Source: Chloropicon primus (lineage: Eukaryota). From it: DNA of 64,000 bases. The DNA is taken from the NCBI GenBank assembly GCA_023205875.1, contig CP060754.1:930001-994000 (forward strand), written 5' to 3'. The notes under the pieces were generated by a model, which worked only from the letters and a program-made list of their open reading frames with translations, had not been told where the DNA came from and did not search any database. Both the position numbers and the translations under genes were made by a program. Below are positions 32,401 through 44,287 of the stretch, in pieces. Within the stretch, counting starts at the first letter, position 1. Every line of letters begins with the position of its first letter.

Positions 32401-34176
32401 GTCGTAGGACAAGCTCATGTTCGTCACAGGGGCGTCGTGCTCAACCTCCAGGTAAAAGTCAGAAAAGTCCGTGGGCCACACCCTAATGAACTTGTCATCC
32501 GAGGCCGTGATGCAGTATCCCTCACTCAGGACTACGCTGTTGATGCACTCGGAGTGAAGCTTGTAGATGCACTCCAGCACTCTTTTGCCGTAATTGATCT
32601 GAAACACGGCTCCGGATGTACTCGAGACGTACACGTTCTTCGTCTCGGCATCCGAAAAGCTGTACGCAGACTCAAAGGCGATGTCCGTGAAGATGTTCCT
32701 CGTCATGTCGCCCTTTGGCAGACCCGTGGGAATTCTGTTTCCTTGGATCTCATTGCCAAGCTGGACGGAGAGACCGTGAAGCTTGCCGCTCCTCAGTCGG
32801 TACATCCTGATGCTATCCACGCCGCAGGTCATCAGATGGTCTTCCTCGAACGCAGAAAACTTCAAGCAGTTTATGTCGTACTCAGTCCTCTGCTTCAGAA
32901 TCAAATTCGTGCTCCCGGTGGTCCTCACAGAGGAGACATCCCAAATAGCAATCACTTGCTTCCCGTACGCGTCAAGGCCCACCACAGCGAGGGCCTTCCC
33001 GTCCGCTGACAGATCCATGGACGTTATCCCATGGGAGTGCTCCTTCATCATGAAGAGGCAACGCCCAGTGACGTAGTCCCAGATCCTGATTAGGGCAACG
33101 CTGCCCTCCTGGGCACTCACAAGTATGTCCCCGTCTGCACTCAGCACGAGCGACTGGATCGGCGCGTCATGTCCGAAGAAGAAGCGCTGCTTCATGTTGT
33201 CGGTGTTCATGGATATGATGGTAGACTTGTAAGCATACACGACCTCGTTCTTGTCCGGGACCCACTTGAGGACGCTCGGATTCCTTCCCTCAAAGGCGCT
33301 GATTCTGTCGAGGGAAAGGTAAGGGTTCCTCTTGAAGTGCTTTGACTGCAAGAAGAAACCGTTGCTTGGCTGCGGGTCAGCTTTGGTGGGCTTCTCCTTC
33401 TGAAAGGTGGAGAACCTGCGCCCCGTCGCCTTGATGGACCTCGGCTTGACGGGAACAGGCAACCTGTCCCTGCTCTGGTGCACGGGGATGCCCTTCTCCT
33501 TGGCCCCGCTCGATGCACCCGGGCTCACGTCCTTGAGGACCCACAGGATGTCGTTCTTCTCGATCTGCGACTTGGATGGGAACAGCAGCATCTCCCTGGG
33601 CAGAGTCGTCCAGCTGTAGAAGTTGTCCGAGGTGAACAGGTTCCTCACGTGAAGGCTCGAGCAAAGCTGCACGGACTTCAACGCGTGGAACGGCGAAGAC
33701 GTGGACAGGAGCATCGCGTCAGCGAGGTCTATGGCCACGATCTTCCAGCAGCTCTCCTGGAACTGGAGCGGGATCTGGATCGTCTGAGGGGTCGCCACGC
33801 ACGGCTTCGTCTTGAACAGGTTGCTGAAGGACACCCTGGTCGTGTTTCTGTCGGCACTGGAGACCTCCAAGTGAATCGTAAAGAAAGCGCTGGGGTCCAC
33901 TCTGATCTGCATGTACAGGTACCTCCCCGTCAGCCCAAGCGACCTGCCTTTCACGCCGGGGACCTGAAGGAAGTTCACCGCAGGAATCTTCCCGGCCACC
34001 CGTATCACTCTGCGTCCGATACTTCTGTCCATCTCGCTCTTCACGTCTCCCTCCTTTATGGCGTCCTTGTAGCTCTCCACGCCGCATATCTTGAAGACAT
34101 TCACGTACGGCCTCTGCCACTCCTTGGACATCATGCGGCCACTCTCCCCCGCCACCACGTCGCTCGATATCGTCAT
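29455..34176 (-). CDS. WDR90: WDR90/POC16-like centriolar protein (CFAP20/DUF667 domain + WD40 repeats)
   Basis: N-terminal WQRPYVNVFK...SLGLTGRYLY...RVSFSNLFK...LCSSLHVRNLFTSD followed by multiple WD40 repeats (WPTDFSDFYLEVEH). Confidence 0.85.
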   Translation of the reverse strand: MTISSDVVAGESGRMMSKEWQRPYVNVFKICGVESYKDAIKEGDVKSEMDRSIGRRVIRVAGKIPAVNFLQVPGVKGRSLGLTGRYLYMQIRVDPSAFFTIHLEVSSADRNTTRVSFSNLFKTKPCVATPQTIQIPLQFQESCWKIVAIDLADAMLLSTSSPFHALKSVQLCSSLHVRNLFTSDNFYSWTTLPREMLLFPSKSQIEKNDILWVLKDVSPGASSGAKEKGIPVHQSRDRLPVPVKPRSIKATGRRFSTFQKEKPTKADPQPSNGFFLQSKHFKRNPYLSLDRISAFEGRNPSVLKWVPDKNEVVYAYKSTIISMNTDNMKQRFFFGHDAPIQSLVLSADGDILVSAQEGSVALIRIWDYVTGRCLFMMKEHSHGITSMDLSADGKALAVVGLDAYGKQVIAIWDVSSVRTTGSTNLILKQRTEYDINCLKFSAFEEDHLMTCGVDSIRMYRLRSGKLHGLSVQLGNEIQGNRIPTGLPKGDMTRNIFTDIAFESAYSFSDAETKNVYVSSTSGAVFQINYGKRVLECIYKLHSECINSVVLSEGYCITASDDKFIRVWPTDFSDFYLEVEHDAPVTNMSLSYDGLQIAVGTSNGTIGYLDIPSHEYKTLIRSHSSVINDVAVDPQRKQFSTVSDDGSVRVWHFETCEQLFQFDLPDQKVCCIAYHPQKPVIACGCSDGLVRVFDISKASLIQEHKQHSQDILKVMFHPQGSYMYTGGSEGTICVYDVDQNYMPVRYLTTSVPSGLICMAVSPDGKYFATVGTEASSILIFDGVTLTSYAKIFTTVRLVESIQFSPDSCEIFIVNVDSDVEVYDIETQKIVKHIPPVPNANYGAFNIDLIHNRLVLTGGSDSLIRIWEYVAQDEALLPSQSFAGHVGAIKKIVTTTSEYVISLGEEEGIYTWKFLPSGGLYDDDEGSDEEVIDEAKFYSSQDAQKLPFSHYKSLGMKDRSIPLNCGSSTTTIVGCNSFGKQNMAWIPKEGVICYSIENVVVVEDISTQKKQYLTKHDQAVSCLCSNAEGTLLASGAGYPSKSSKRATIWLWDVKEREAICTYEGPRTGIQKMAFSSCSKYLAAISIYPLTKFFVYNTRSGLLIKKGTCSFMINDLCWSKSVADAAFLAVGKQNVREFSVKDDKVLRISDFKQDEMQNGITSVLYVNGDESFVFGDTSGKLWLKDEGECTILHQLGSEITTMAMEDGELLVGSRRGHLCRLSYLRKEGSWEVTGKAMLNEPVLDISFGSDMSQGVVRLATSGLSHVNLGTGELTPLVDTHKAAIDFILPSEDHKTLVTVDANGSVSLWHTEGSIQKVMEFEGQSPCLSCALSKQGDILVTTTASSAVNIHNLDSNKVDAVTGAALPPQFCHLYEDEASALLLTENCDVYHLDLERRDLALMAGIDREAPWLQASDFRPPGQLVLANSNWIEVYKVEWEAQEVVREHEYPIGNTSSGPAESVHIAFLESKPNSVLYGNTTLNEFLVVDYVSNQAISVVKFTSPLTQFSVSRDRTTALFSTKGSTFVLEASESSGTVAVDSMKLKRHSSNAVRALALGKASRSKIQILYAFGKTLVLY

Positions 34177-34804
34177 CACGACAACCACCTCTCTCTCTCT
34201 CTCTCTCTCTCTCTCAGTCGTCTCCAACTTCTTCCCAACGCAAGGCAGGCGGTGCGGCTGTGGGCCGGCCTCGCTCGCTCCTTCCCTCCCAACAAGGCAC
34301 AAGACCACCGCTCCAAGTCGACCGAACCCCACGCACGCACGCACGCACACAACACAACACACACACACACGTTGGCGCCAAGGTCTACGGTCTGTCTCTT
34401 GTCCTCGTCCCTCCCTCTCGTCCCTCTCTTTCGCGCGAAAACTCACGTGAATTCCGGCCTGTCTCCGCTTTACTTAAGACAATACGATCCCAAGAAGCCG
34501 CCAAGCTTTTGAAATCCAACAACCCCAATCGAAGTGTACCAATATTGTACACTCGTTCACACAAACCGTCTCTCGAGAGCGAGAGAGAGAAGAGAAGAGT
34601 GGATAACAGGATATCGATCGTCGTCGTCGTCGTTGTGTTGTGTTGTGTTGTGTTGTGTTAGGACGACGGACGGAACCGACTCACACTTTTTATCTTTTTC
34701 TTCTTCGAAAGTGTTCTGGAAGGAAGGTACGTGTGGAGAGCTTTCGATTGATCGAAACGCCTCAGCCTCTCGAAGGGTTTGGGCTTTCCGGGGGTGGGGG
34801 AAGG

Positions 34805-35878
34805 ATGATGGTGGTGACTGGGTCAGGGGTGCGAAGTAGTGGTGTGTCCCGCTCGTCGGAGGGGGGGGGTCGGGGGCAAGGACCCGAACGTCGCCTCCGA
34901 CGGCGGCGGGGCGGGTCTCGGGCGCAGAAAGGTGGCTCCCTGCAGGGAGTGGAGCCCAACAAGTTCTTGTCGTACGGATTGTCCTGCAGGTTTGGCGCGA
35001 GAACCTCCCTCGGAAGCTCCCGGCGCGGGGCTGGACCCGAGGGCGACCTCGATGCGGCGAGTCCGCGCGACGACGACGTCCTGCCCAACAGCTTGGACGA
35101 CTGTCTCCTGAGGTCCGCGATGGCCTCGGCTTCCGGCTTGAGCCAGGGCCTCGGGCGGATGGTCGTCGAGGTGTTCGTTCCGGAGTTGTTCGACCCGCTG
35201 TCAGGGGCCATGATGGCGAACGAGGGGGACCAAATGAAGTACTGGGACATGACGAGGGCCTACTGCCAGAGGATGAACTCGCTGACGGAGAAGAGAGTGA
35301 GGGTCGTGTACCCCGACGCCGGCGTGGCGGCCATGCTCGCGCAACAGTGGGGGGGGACTGGAGACTTCCAGTTCAGCAGCTTGAACGACAGGAGGCCGAT
35401 CGAGGAGGACGACGATCTCATCGTGATTGCGTGCCCGGACCCGCAAGGGGTGGAGGCTGTGATATCAATCGCAAGGAAGGCGGAGGAGTCGATGATTCCA
35501 GTCATTTTGTTCAATCCCCGACTGGCCAGCGGCGACGTCGGCATTGGCCTTGCCATCAGGAGGCTGAGGAGGGACTTCTTGTCGACCTTCCAGATCATTT
35601 ACGCTCTGCGGCCGTTCGAGGGAGGCGCCGTCTTCAAGCAGTACCCTGACTTGTGGAAAGTCTTCGTGGCAGATCCGGAAAACGTGGGCCGCTTCAAGTT
35701 GATCAACGAGAGCATAAACAGACCCGGGGGAGAGCAACTGGCTGATATTATCGAGGTGTACTTGGACGGGCCGAAAAGCGGGGAAGACATCGCGAAGGGG
35801 GCCATGGCAAACCCTTTGGACGAGATTGCGAAGTTCATCCGTGAGCTGCAGAAGTTCGCCAAGCAACTCTCGCAATAA
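34805..35878 (+). CDS. LPA3: LPA3-like / DUF1995 chloroplast protein
   Basis: PELFDPLSG...EGDQ...W, YPDAGVAAML, FSSLNDRRP, LFNPRLASGDVGIGL..RRLRRDFLS; transit-peptide-like N-terminus. Confidence 0.75.
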   Translation: MMVVTGSGVRSSGVSRSSEGGGRGQGPERRLRRRRGGSRAQKGGSLQGVEPNKFLSYGLSCRFGARTSLGSSRRGAGPEGDLDAASPRDDDVLPNSLDDCLLRSAMASASGLSQGLGRMVVEVFVPELFDPLSGAMMANEGDQMKYWDMTRAYCQRMNSLTEKRVRVVYPDAGVAAMLAQQWGGTGDFQFSSLNDRRPIEEDDDLIVIACPDPQGVEAVISIARKAEESMIPVILFNPRLASGDVGIGLAIRRLRRDFLSTFQIIYALRPFEGGAVFKQYPDLWKVFVADPENVGRFKLINESINRPGGEQLADIIEVYLDGPKSGEDIAKGAMANPLDEIAKFIRELQKFAKQLSQ

Positions 35879-35913
35879 TTTTGTACTACACTTACATCCT
35901 TTTCGTGACACGA

Positions 35914-37508
35914 TCAGTGGATTGAGATCGACCTCCGAATATGACTCACGATGAAGAACCTGCCCTCCGTGTCCTGGTTGAAGATCAGCGTGTCATGAAA
36001 GTTCGCACTCTGCTTGTTTTCCTTGCACTCCACCGAGACGAGGGCAGCGATCACGTGCATCTGTTGCTCCTGGAGATACTGGTAGTCGATGTTCTGTATG
36101 GCGTGCTGCATGCTCATGTCTTTGAAGTCCTTGATGTTGCAGGCCTTGGAATAAAAGTTGAGGATGGACACGTTGACCCTTTCAATGGAAAAGTTGTCCC
36201 CGTCGATCTGGATGACGCAGGAAGGGTCGTACAGCCCCGCCTTCAAGTTCTTCGAGCAGTACATGAGGATCCCGCTGTACCCGCTGTCGGCAAGAGAGTA
36301 CATGTACTTTGTCAGCAAGACTAGTTGGGCCTCCCTCAGGGTGGGAATATTGAGGACCCCGGACATGAACTTGGAGATCTCCTCTGGGGAATCCTCTTCC
36401 ACGAAGAACGGGTGCTCCAGCAGCTGCTGAGCGGTTTGCCTCTTCTCCGGGTCCTTCTCCAGAAAGCAGTTCAGCAGGTGACGCAGAGACTCCGAGAGCG
36501 TGTCTGGCGGCACAGGGGGCTGGTCATTGACGATGTGCAGCATCAAATCAACCGGACCTTGGTGGCCGTCGTAAGGGTACCTGCCAGTGGCACACTCCAG
36601 GAGCGTGACGCCAAGGGACCAGATGTCTGCCGCATACGAATACGGGGCGTTGTTGATTCTTTCCGGGGACATGTACGTCACCGTGCCACAGAAAGTTGCA
36701 GCCTTGCTGAAGGAGTCGGAGACTGACTTGCTGATCCCGAAGTCCGATAGCTTGATGTCCCCATTCGCTGAAACCAAGATATTGGATGGCTTGATGTCCC
36801 TGTGTATCACCCTCTTGGTGTGCAAGTAGTGCAGACCCCTCAAAGTCTGTCGAGCTATGTGCCGTATGATGTTCACGGGAAGCTCGATCCTACGTGTTAT
36901 GATGTCAGCCAGAGACCCGTCCATCAAGTCGAGCACGAACGAAGTTTCGCTGGTGGACGGCTCGAAGTACCCGCCCAGAAAGGACACCAAACACGTCGCA
37001 GACTCGACGTGCTCCAAGGAGTCCGCGCTGCTCCTCTTGAGCACGGCCTTGAGCTCGTTCACCGTCTGGCTGCGACTTTCCTCGTCGTACACCTTCACCG
37101 TCTTCACAGCCACACACCTGTTGCTTGGCTTGTGTATCGCTCTCTGAACGTGGCCGCTCGCGCCCCTGGGAGTACGAAACAAAACGGTGCAGAAGAAGGC
37201 GAAGATTTCAGCTGCCCGGCCCCCCAAAGGGAAAGATAAAGATAAGATGAGAGCAAGGGGGGAAAGGCGGCGCCTTTGGCTTACCTCCCCAAATGAGCCT
37301 TGTCAATGAACAAATCCGTGGCGTTTAGATTCAGGTCCAACACCTCCCCGGCTCCAGACACTCTTCGGACCCCCGTTTTGTTCAAGGTGTACTCCCCCAG
37401 AGATTTGGACCTGATGATCATCTGGCTCCCCTCGTCCCCGTTATCCCTGGTCTCGTGATCATCCTCACAGTCCAGCTTGAGCAAAGTCTTTGGCCTCAGC
37501 GCCTTCAT
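35914..37508 (-). CDS. MAP kinase kinase, MKK3-like (kinase + C-terminal NTF2-like domain); exons 37508-37285 and 37165-35914
   Basis: Spliced GRGASGHV P-loop; HRDIKPSN, DFG, TFCGTVTYMSPERI; ~150 aa C-terminal extension. Confidence 0.85.
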
Positions 37509-37714
37509 CTTGCCCCAGCACGTTCCCCTCTGCCCCTCTGCACTGACCCCTCCCGGTCAGTCGTCGCTCCGAGTCTCTTGCTTGGTCTCGCCGCGGGAAA
37601 TGTCTGAAAAAGGGGGAGGGGGAGAAGGGGGAGGGGGAGAAGGGTAAGATATGTACTTGTTACACGTGTTTATGCTTCCATTCTCAAGCAGTTGGTGGGG
37701 GGCTTTATTGAACT

Positions 37715-38766
37715 TCAGTAGAATAAGTACCTGAAGAGCAGAACCATGAAGATGACACCACCGATGATTGCGAAAGGCATGTACTTTTTGATCAAAGCTT
37801 GGCGACTCAGCGCTTTTGCGTTCTTCTGATACTTCCTGGACTCGTACGAGAGAGTGCTGGACATTCTCGTGACGTCTAGATAGAGGGAGAGAGAGAGAGA
37901 GAGAGAGAAGAAGAACAAGGAAAATTCACGCCGGGCACGTCAGTACAAAAGTCACAAAAGTTGGAACGGAACGGAAGCCTGCACTCCTCCGTGGGTGTCG
38001 GAGGAGGGAAACCTTCTGCCCCGCACTTACTTTCGAGCTTCTCCCCTTGCCCCAGCACCTCCTGAATGTTTTTGGTCATAATCGTCTGGACTTCGTTGAG
38101 CTCCGAGTTCAACTTTGACATGTTTCTCTGCGTTCTCGTGTCTAGGTAAAGCTTGCGGGTCTTCTGAATGAATTTGTCTGCGGTCGTGAAAGAAGAGAAG
38201 AGTGTCAGAACCGAGCGAGGGCAAGGCTGAAGGAGGCGGGGGGGGCGACTCACCAAACTTAATAAATGCGTAGGGGCGCGCAACGGACTCTATCTCACTA
38301 TGGTACAAGGTTGTGAATTCCCTCTTCAGCTCCTCGAGGTACTGGTACGCCAGCTTCTTCGGGTAGCCCTTCTCCGCCAGGGTGAAGTAGCACACCCCGG
38401 AGTTCACCAGGTAGTGAAAGTGGTAGTTCCCCGACTCGACCGTCATCTTCGGCGGCACCGCTGCAGTTCTCGTCTGCGCGAAGTTTTTGATCACAGACTG
38501 TTTGGGTGGGGGGTTGGTGTGGAGAGAGCGGAATGCCACGAACGACGCGGTCAGCTAACTTGTTCTCGCGGCGGGGGAGTGAGTGAGGACTCCTTCGCGG
38601 CTCGCGGCTCGAACCAGGTGGCCCCGCCACGAAACCCAGTCCCGCGCAAAACACTTACTTTTGCCTGCTGCTTGTACATTTCCATATTCGCGATTTTATC
38701 CATCTCCAAGCTCTCGCAGAGAGGCAACCCATCGCTGAGGCGAACCACCATGGTAAGCTTCACCAT
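37715..38766 (-). CDS. SEC22: SEC22 R-SNARE; exons 38766-38659, 38497-38254, 38177-38031, 37875-37715
   Basis: [51 protein letters not shown]-terminal TM; three GT-AG introns keep frame. Confidence 0.9.
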
Positions 38767-39361
38767 CTTGCCCAACACGCCCTTACGCCAATACCCGGCT
38801 GGTCTCCGAGCGAGGCGAGGACAAACCACCCACAAGCAGAACAAGCAGAACAAACAGAAACACAAAACCACCCACACAAAAAAGTCAGTCCCCTCCTGGC
38901 CCTTCCCCCTCGACCCGCTCGTTTTTTCGCACAGGGAGCGAGTGGTCCAAGGCACGACGGCGAGAATCCTGTCGACAGGATCACCCCCCCTCCCCTTTTG
39001 CCTCACCTCTTCCACCAATCGATCGATCGATCAATCGTGCTCTTGCTCTCTCGGCTTGTGCCCCTCGGCTTCGGCTTCGAAAAAAAGGTGTACATCATTG
39101 TACCTGTTTGTAGACCTTTTTTTTTTTCAGGGAAAGAAGAAAAAGGAGTGGGTTTGGGTGTTTTCCTCTCATCAAGACGGGATTAGCACTTTGTTTTGGT
39201 TTGACGGCGCAAGACATTCCTTTGGCGGCGGCGATCGTCGAGAGAAGAGGGGAGGGGCGAAAGGGAAGGCGTGTGTTCAGTTCAGTAGTAATTGGGAGCA
39301 GCGAGTCGCGGCCGTTTGTTTGCGAGGAGGAGTGCACGAGAGACGAAGAGAGCGAGACACC

Positions 39362-40069
39362 ATGGCGATCGATCTGGTAGCCGGAGGAAGGACGAAGAGG
39401 AACGCCCATAGGACGGCGCCCAAGTCCGACAACGTTTACTTGAAGCTTCTCGTGAAGTTGTACAAGTTTCTTCACAGAAGGACCGACTCCAAGTTCAACA
39501 AGGTGGTCTTGAAGAGGTTGTTTATGAGCAAGACCAACAAGCCACCGCTTTCCTTGTCCAAGGTAAGGCGCGCGCGAGACCGGCGACGCGGGGAGGAAGG
39601 CCGCTCGAGGCGACGACGAACTCTTCTTCCCCGAAGGGGCTCTCTCTCTCTCTCTCTCTCGGAAGACTGACCCACGGGTTTCTTTCTTTCTTGCGTGGTG
39701 TAGTTGGCTAAATTCATGGAGGGCAAGGACGGAAAGATCGCTGTCCTCGTCGGAACCATCACGGACGACGTGAGGATGTACGACGTGCCAAAGATGCGCG
39801 TGTGCGCGCTCCGCTTCACCCAGACCGCCAGGCAGAGGATCTTGAAGGCCGGAGGAGAGTGCATGACCTTCGACCAGCTTGCCCTCCTCGCCCCAACCGG
39901 CGCCGGAACCGTCTTGCTCAGAGGACCAAAGCTCTCTCGCGAGGCTGTCAAGCACTTTGGAAGAGCCACTGGCGTGCCAGACTCCAACACCAAGCCTTTC
40001 GTTAGGTCCAAGGGACGCAAGTTCGAGAAGGCTCGTGGCCGCAGAGCAAGCAGGGGTTACAAGTGCTAA
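39362..40069 (+). CDS. RPL18: 60S ribosomal protein eL18; exons 39362-39562 and 39704-40069
   Basis: [44 protein letters not shown]...CTGAC...TAG intron. Confidence 0.95.
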
Positions 40070-40423
40070 AGCGTCTGCAGCCTTTCACACGGCGACGACG
40101 GTATTGGTATTGTGTAATTATAGGCTCGGGTATGAGATCCTTATTAAGATTGAAAACAAAGAGCAGGACCAACCGAACAGCGGACGAGTTTTGGGGGTTC
40201 AAACTAGACGTAAAGCGTCTGAACTATCTTTGTAAAAAGAGCATTTCAGCGTTCATATTAAGGAAGTGTCCCCCTCGCAACCCCAGGAACTTGCTTGCTG
40301 CGTGCCGTCGCGCGCGGTTTATCTTACAGGTGGTGAAACAGCAGCGGGCCCCGAGTCGTGCGCGAGGATCTTTTTTACATGGGATGGGCGCGCGCGCGCC
40401 GTCCGCCCGCGTGCGACCTCACC

Positions 40424-41521
40424 TCACCTCTTCTTCACGATTGCTGCCCGCTTGCACAGCTTCGCCAGCAAGCCCGCCATCTGCAGCTGCGAGTTCACCC
40501 CCTGGAGAATCCTCATCTGAACCAAACCCACTTCCCTGATGAATTCGAGCTTGAGGAACTCCTGCATGTCGTGGGACCTGCAAACCCTGAACAGGGTCGT
40601 GACCAAGTCGTTCGCCGAGAACCCCGTGTCCCACAGAGTCTCCATCGTCTCGACGGCCTTGTCTATGTCGGCATCGACGCACGAGTTGATGATCTCTTTG
40701 ACTACGGTGGGGTGGGGCTGGTCGCAGACCTTGAAAACGTTGTCGGCGTTCACCAGGCCGAAACCCGAGTAAGTCGCTTGGAGGTTGTTCAGAGCCTGGC
40801 GCATGTCGCCGTCCGCGGTGAAGATGATGGCCTCGAGCCCCTCGTTCGTCTTGGGGACGCCCTCGAGCTCGCACACCTCGAGGAGCCTCAGGAGGACGTC
40901 CTCGTCCGACAGTCGCGTGAAGCGGACCACCGCGCAACGACTCTGGATGGGTTCGATAATCTTGGTGCTCACGTTGCAGGCCAGGGCGAACCTCGTGGTG
41001 TTCGAGTAGATCTCCATGGTTCTCCGCAGGGCCTGCTGGGCCGCTTGAGTCATGCTGTCCGCCTCGTCCAGGATGACGATCTTGTGCCTCCCGGGGGGGA
41101 GAGTCACCTTCTTCTGGGCGAACATCTTGATCCTGTTCCTCACGACGTCGATCCCCCTCTCGTCCGAGGCGTTCAGCTCCAGGACGGCCTCCTTCACGAG
41201 GGGACCCAGGAGCTGGTTCGCGATGCAGAGCACGCTCGTCGTCTTGCCGGTTCCCGGCGACCCCGCGAGCAGCAGGTTGGGTATGTTGCCGTGCTCCGCG
41301 ATCACTTTGAGGCGCTTCACGGCCTCTCCGTTCCCTATGACGTCCTTCATGAGCTTGGGGCGGTACTTCTCGACCCAAGGCATCTCGAAACTCGGCGTGG
41401 CCGTCCTGTTCGCCTTCTTCCCCGCGCCATCCTCGGCGTCCGCCAGCTTCCTCTTCCCCCTCGACGACTCCCCTTGGTCCAGCTTGATCCCCACCGACGA
41501 CGCCCCCACTGGTGGCGGCAT
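40424..41521 (-). CDS. RFC2: Replication factor C small subunit (RFC2)
   Basis: [54 protein letters not shown]. Confidence 0.95.
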   Translation of the reverse strand: MPPPVGASSVGIKLDQGESSRGKRKLADAEDGAGKKANRTATPSFEMPWVEKYRPKLMKDVIGNGEAVKRLKVIAEHGNIPNLLLAGSPGTGKTTSVLCIANQLLGPLVKEAVLELNASDERGIDVVRNRIKMFAQKKVTLPPGRHKIVILDEADSMTQAAQQALRRTMEIYSNTTRFALACNVSTKIIEPIQSRCAVVRFTRLSDEDVLLRLLEVCELEGVPKTNEGLEAIIFTADGDMRQALNNLQATYSGFGLVNADNVFKVCDQPHPTVVKEIINSCVDADIDKAVETMETLWDTGFSANDLVTTLFRVCRSHDMQEFLKLEFIREVGLVQMRILQGVNSQLQMAGLLAKLCKRAAIVKKR

Positions 41522-41835
41522 GACGTTGACGCTACAGCAAAGGGCTGTTTCAGTGGTGGTGATGGTGGTGGTGATGGTCCCCTCTCCCTCAAGTCTTTTA
41601 CGCCACCGACAGACTTGAACCGCGCAAAGGATACCCTCCAACTCCACTCCACTCCACTCGGCTTCCTCTTCCTCTTCCTTTTCCTCTTCCCGAAAAGAGG
41701 TTTGTTCGTTCGCGGTTCTACGAGTGACGTTCCCTCCTAGGAGTAACGTCACTCGCAGGAGAGCGACGAGAGCCACGAAAGAGGAAGGAGGGGGGGAGCG
41801 TTTGTGGAGGAAGAGGGTGAGGGAGGGGCGACAAG

Positions 41836-43098
41836 ATGGTTGGGTTACAGGCGAAGAATGTGGCCTCGAGGTCCGGGTCGCCGTGTTTTTTGGGAAACGG
41901 AAACGGAGGCGTCGTCGTGGCTTGCGCGGGGAGGAGGGAGGCACGTTGCTTTTCGTCGGGGCGTGGAAGGAGTCTCCGCTTGCAAGCGCACGACGGGGCG
42001 AGGGCGGAGGGCGCCCAGGGTGGTCTCAGGGTGGAGAGGAGGAGCGTTTTGGCGGGCTTGGCTGGAGCCGGCGTCCTGGCGAACGGGTGCCCCGCGGAGG
42101 CGAAGACGAACTTGGTATCCAAGGAGTGGGAGGTGGTCAACCTCCCCCTGGATCCCGAGGTGGTGTTGCTGGACATCGCGTTCGAGCCCAACAACCCCGA
42201 CCACGGCTTTTTGCTCGGCACCAAGCAGACCCTTCTCGAGACGAACGACGGGGGGAAGACGTGGGAGAAGAGGACTCTGGAGGCCGCGAAGGATGAGGGC
42301 TTCAACTACAGGTTCAACTCCATCAGCTTCGGAGGGGCGGACGGGAAGGAGGGCTACATCGTGGGGAAGCCGCCTATTCTCCTGCACACCAGCAACGCCG
42401 GTGAGTCTTGGGAGAGGGTACCCCTGAACGCCAAGCTCCCCGGCACCCCCGTTCTCATCACCGCCCTCGAGAGCGAGGGCCAGGCGGAGATGACGACGGA
42501 TGTCGGAGCCATCTACGTGACCTCCAACGCAGGCTTGCTGTGGAAGGCTGCCGTGCAGGAGACCGTTGATGCCACCCTGAACAGGACCGTCTCGAGCGGC
42601 ATCAGCGGAGCCAGCTTTTACACCGGGCAGTTCTCCTCCGTGAAGAGGAGCCCGGAAGGCAAGTACGTCGCCGTCTCCTCGAGGGGCAACTTCTACATGA
42701 CTTGGGAGCCCGGCCAGACGTACTGGGAGCCTCACAACAGGGCGAGCGCGCGCAGGCTGCAGGACATGGGCTGGAGACCCCAGGGAGGCTTGTGGCTCGC
42801 CACCAGGGGAGGGGACTTGTTCTTTAACAACGACGAGAAGAACCTCGAGAACTTCAAGCAGATCAACTTTGGGGCCAGGGGATACGGCATCCTTGACGTT
42901 GGCTTCCAGCCCGACGGCACTCTCTGGGCCGCCGGTGGGTCAGGGACGCTCTACAAGTCGCAAGATGGGGGGAAGAAGTGGAAGCGGGTCAAGGGCGGAG
43001 ACAGGATCCCCGGCAACTTGTACGCAGTGAGGTTTGTGAGCGAGAAGCAGGGGTACATCCTGGGCAATGCTAGCATCCTCTTGAGGTACATTGGTTAG
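41836..43098 (+). CDS. HCF136: Photosystem II stability/assembly factor HCF136/Ycf48
   Basis: Bipartite transit peptide with RR motif; [37 protein letters not shown]. Confidence 0.95.
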   Translation: MVGLQAKNVASRSGSPCFLGNGNGGVVVACAGRREARCFSSGRGRSLRLQAHDGARAEGAQGGLRVERRSVLAGLAGAGVLANGCPAEAKTNLVSKEWEVVNLPLDPEVVLLDIAFEPNNPDHGFLLGTKQTLLETNDGGKTWEKRTLEAAKDEGFNYRFNSISFGGADGKEGYIVGKPPILLHTSNAGESWERVPLNAKLPGTPVLITALESEGQAEMTTDVGAIYVTSNAGLLWKAAVQETVDATLNRTVSSGISGASFYTGQFSSVKRSPEGKYVAVSSRGNFYMTWEPGQTYWEPHNRASARRLQDMGWRPQGGLWLATRGGDLFFNNDEKNLENFKQINFGARGYGILDVGFQPDGTLWAAGGSGTLYKSQDGGKKWKRVKGGDRIPGNLYAVRFVSEKQGYILGNASILLRYIG

Positions 43099-43338
43099 GG
43101 CGGTGGCTCGGTGCGTGGAAGTCGGAGGAGCCGAGCGGAGTGAGGAGAGATTGAAAAAAAAATAAAAAATAAACAAGTGTTTTGGGCGACCCACTCTATC
43201 TCTTTCGTCTGTGAATAATATCGAAACAATTGTGGCCTTTTTATCCGTTCTTCAACTACGCGCTTTGAAGTTTGAGTATTATCTGTACAAGCAAGCGTCT
43301 TGCAAACCTTCACGACTTGAAGGAGGAGATCGCTGAGC

Positions 43339-43792
43339 TTAGACCTGGAGGATCTTGCTGAGCTCCCCACAGTCCTCCAGCTCCTGCACGGAGTCCCAGC
43401 CTCCGTAGGACTGCGCAGGGTGGGGTGAAGAGCAAACCGTGGTTAGGGGGGGGGCAGACAAAGCAGAAACAGCGTCAGCACAACCAGAGCGTCCGCAACC
43501 ACTGGCGTTGTCGAGTTATTTTATCCACAACCACAACCAACCCTCCCTCCGCTCCTCCCCGCTCACGACTAAAAGCGGGACTTACCTTCTCGTCTACGTG
43601 AAGCTGGGGCAGTTTCCTCTCGCCCCCGCTCACTTTGACCATCTCGTCTGCTCTCTCCCTGTTCGTCGCGAGGTCCACCTCCTCGTACTTGACGCCCTTG
43701 GAGTCCAGAATATGCTTCATGTTACTCGTGTGTCCCCGCGTGCTCGCACCGAAAGACACGCTCGACGTGTACAATATCACCTTTGGCGGCAT
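43339..43792 (-). CDS. SH3BGR/glutaredoxin-like small protein; exons 43792-43586 and 43410-43339
   Basis: VILYTSSV...ILDSKGVKYEEVDL...LPQLHVDEK|SYGGWDSVQELEDCGEL; GTAAGT...CAG intron. Confidence 0.8.
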
Positions 43793-44189
43793 CTTTTCCC
43801 TGGCACCTCTCCCCGAGCAGTCTCTCCTTCCCCTCTTCCCTTCGCACGCGTCGGCACACGTCGCGTCGCCCCTCGCTCCGCTTCCGCTCCGGCCAGCTCC
43901 TGAGGTATCCAAACAGCTAGATTTTTTTTTCTTCATAAAATTAGGATGCCCAAGATCATCTCTTGTGGGTTGGGGGGCAGAGCACGACTCCTGCTGCAGG
44001 AGAAGGGGGGGGAGCACGACTCGTGAAGCCAGCTTTGGTGGAATAAAAGCATAAGGAATATGAATACAATGACTATTCCTACATAAAACAAAGCAATCTT
44101 TCTTTGTCACATTCCTTACGAAAGTTCGAAGGACTAAAACCTACCACTTTGAAAGGGTGACATTCCCCCGCCAATCAATCATTGTCATA

Positions 44190-44220
44190 TTGCGACTTTG
44201 CGACTTTGCGACTTTGCGAC
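44190..44220. repeat. Tandem (TTTGCGAC) x~4 upstream of the RWP-RK gene
   Basis: ttgcgact ttgcgact ttgcgact ttgcgac seen directly. Confidence 0.9.
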
Positions 44221-44287
44221 CCCCCTCTCTCTACATATATTCGTGACTTGAGGCATCACGGTGGACGACATAGCAGGGCCCTCGAGA

